A stretch of DNA of 64,000 bases from Methanobacteriota archaeon (lineage in GTDB: Archaea > Thermoplasmatota > Thermoplasmata > SG8-5 > JAGLSY01), in contig JAEHCQ010000003.1 in NCBI GenBank assembly GCA_020696385.1, positions 1-64,000 of the forward strand, read 5' to 3'. Below the pieces are notes generated by a model. That model saw only the letters and a list, made by a program, of their open reading frames with translations. It made no database searches and was not told the origin of the DNA. Positions 63,318 through 64,000 of this stretch are shown here, one piece after another. Every line of letters starts with the position of its first letter. The first letter of the stretch is position 1. Position numbers and translations under genes: made by a program.

Positions 63318-64000
63318 ATGCACAAGAACATTTCAGAGATATTGGAAGAAGCAAAGAGGGTGAAGCTCGAGAACGTCAGGGTCCAGTTCACGGACATACT
63401 TGGAAACCCAAAGAATATCGTGATACCCGAATGGAGGCTGGAGGAAGCATTGGATGAAGGAATCGCCTTCGATGCATCTTCCATCGAAGGGTATGCCACC
63501 ATTGAAGAATCTGACTTGATAGCGAAGCCGGATCTCGGCTCGTGGCAGATATTACCAGAATCATTGGAAAAACGAGTGACAGCCAGGCTCAACTGCGACA
63601 TATACCGCACAAATGGCGATAGATACGCCGGAGATCCAAAATACGTGCTTGAAAAAGCGATGAAGAAGGCAAGCGACATGGGCTACTCTGCGAATTTCGG
63701 GCCAGAATGTGAATTTTTCCTGCTAAAGATGGTGGATGGAAAGCCAACTACCATTCCTAATGATACTGGCGGTTACTTCGATCTGTCACCTAGAGATCTG
63801 GCCGAGAATGTCAGAGGCGATATCTCTGCACTTCTCCAGGAAATGGGATTTCAAGTTTACACCACGCACCATGAAGTTGCTGCTGGCCAGCATGAAATTA
63901 ACTTCCAATATTCCGACCCGCTGACAACAGCAGACAGAGTGGTCACGCTGAAGTACGTGTCTAAGATCATTTCACTCAGGAATGATCTTCACGCCACCTT
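63318..64000 (+). CDS. glnA: Glutamine synthetase type I (runs off window)
   Basis: VQFTDILG, FDASSIEGY, GPECEFF, HHEVAAGQHEI. Confidence 0.95.
   Translation, partial: MHKNISEILEEAKRVKLENVRVQFTDILGNPKNIVIPEWRLEEALDEGIAFDASSIEGYATIEESDLIAKPDLGSWQILPESLEKRVTARLNCDIYRTNGDRYAGDPKYVLEKAMKKASDMGYSANFGPECEFFLLKMVDGKPTTIPNDTGGYFDLSPRDLAENVRGDISALLQEMGFQVYTTHHEVAAGQHEINFQYSDPLTTADRVVTLKYVSKIISLRNDLHAT

Overview
Archaeal chromosomal window, probably Thermoplasmatota of the Marine Benthic Group D / Thermoprofundales type. That placement is inferred from rps8e-srp19, GGTGA ribosome-binding sites, a stand-alone 23S rRNA gene and many large secreted repeat proteins. Housekeeping content includes purD, ogg, xseAB, rsgA, a DEAD-box helicase, a YgiQ radical SAM protein, partial glnA, tRNA-Pro and 23S rRNA. 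Transporters include CDF, CopA, Fluc, PiT and two ABC pairs, and there are four large surface proteins. Highlights: (1) a 60-nt canonical bulge-helix-bulge intron in helix 89 of the 23S rRNA; (2) a family of ~100-bp non-coding pseudoknot-shaped elements with covarying stems, flanked by long duplications (a promoter; the 5' end of tRNA-Pro), one copy invaded twice by a ~65-bp mini-element; (3) a ~130-bp promoter cassette conserved at three loci, linking duplicated tandem-Lrp regulators to small exported proteins with a conserved C-terminal peptide (candidate peptide-signalling system); (4) an FG-GAP propeller protein, a single-pass receptor with a longin/roadblock-like tail and a Rab-like GTPase in one cluster. 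All calls are by eye; no searches or folding programs were run.
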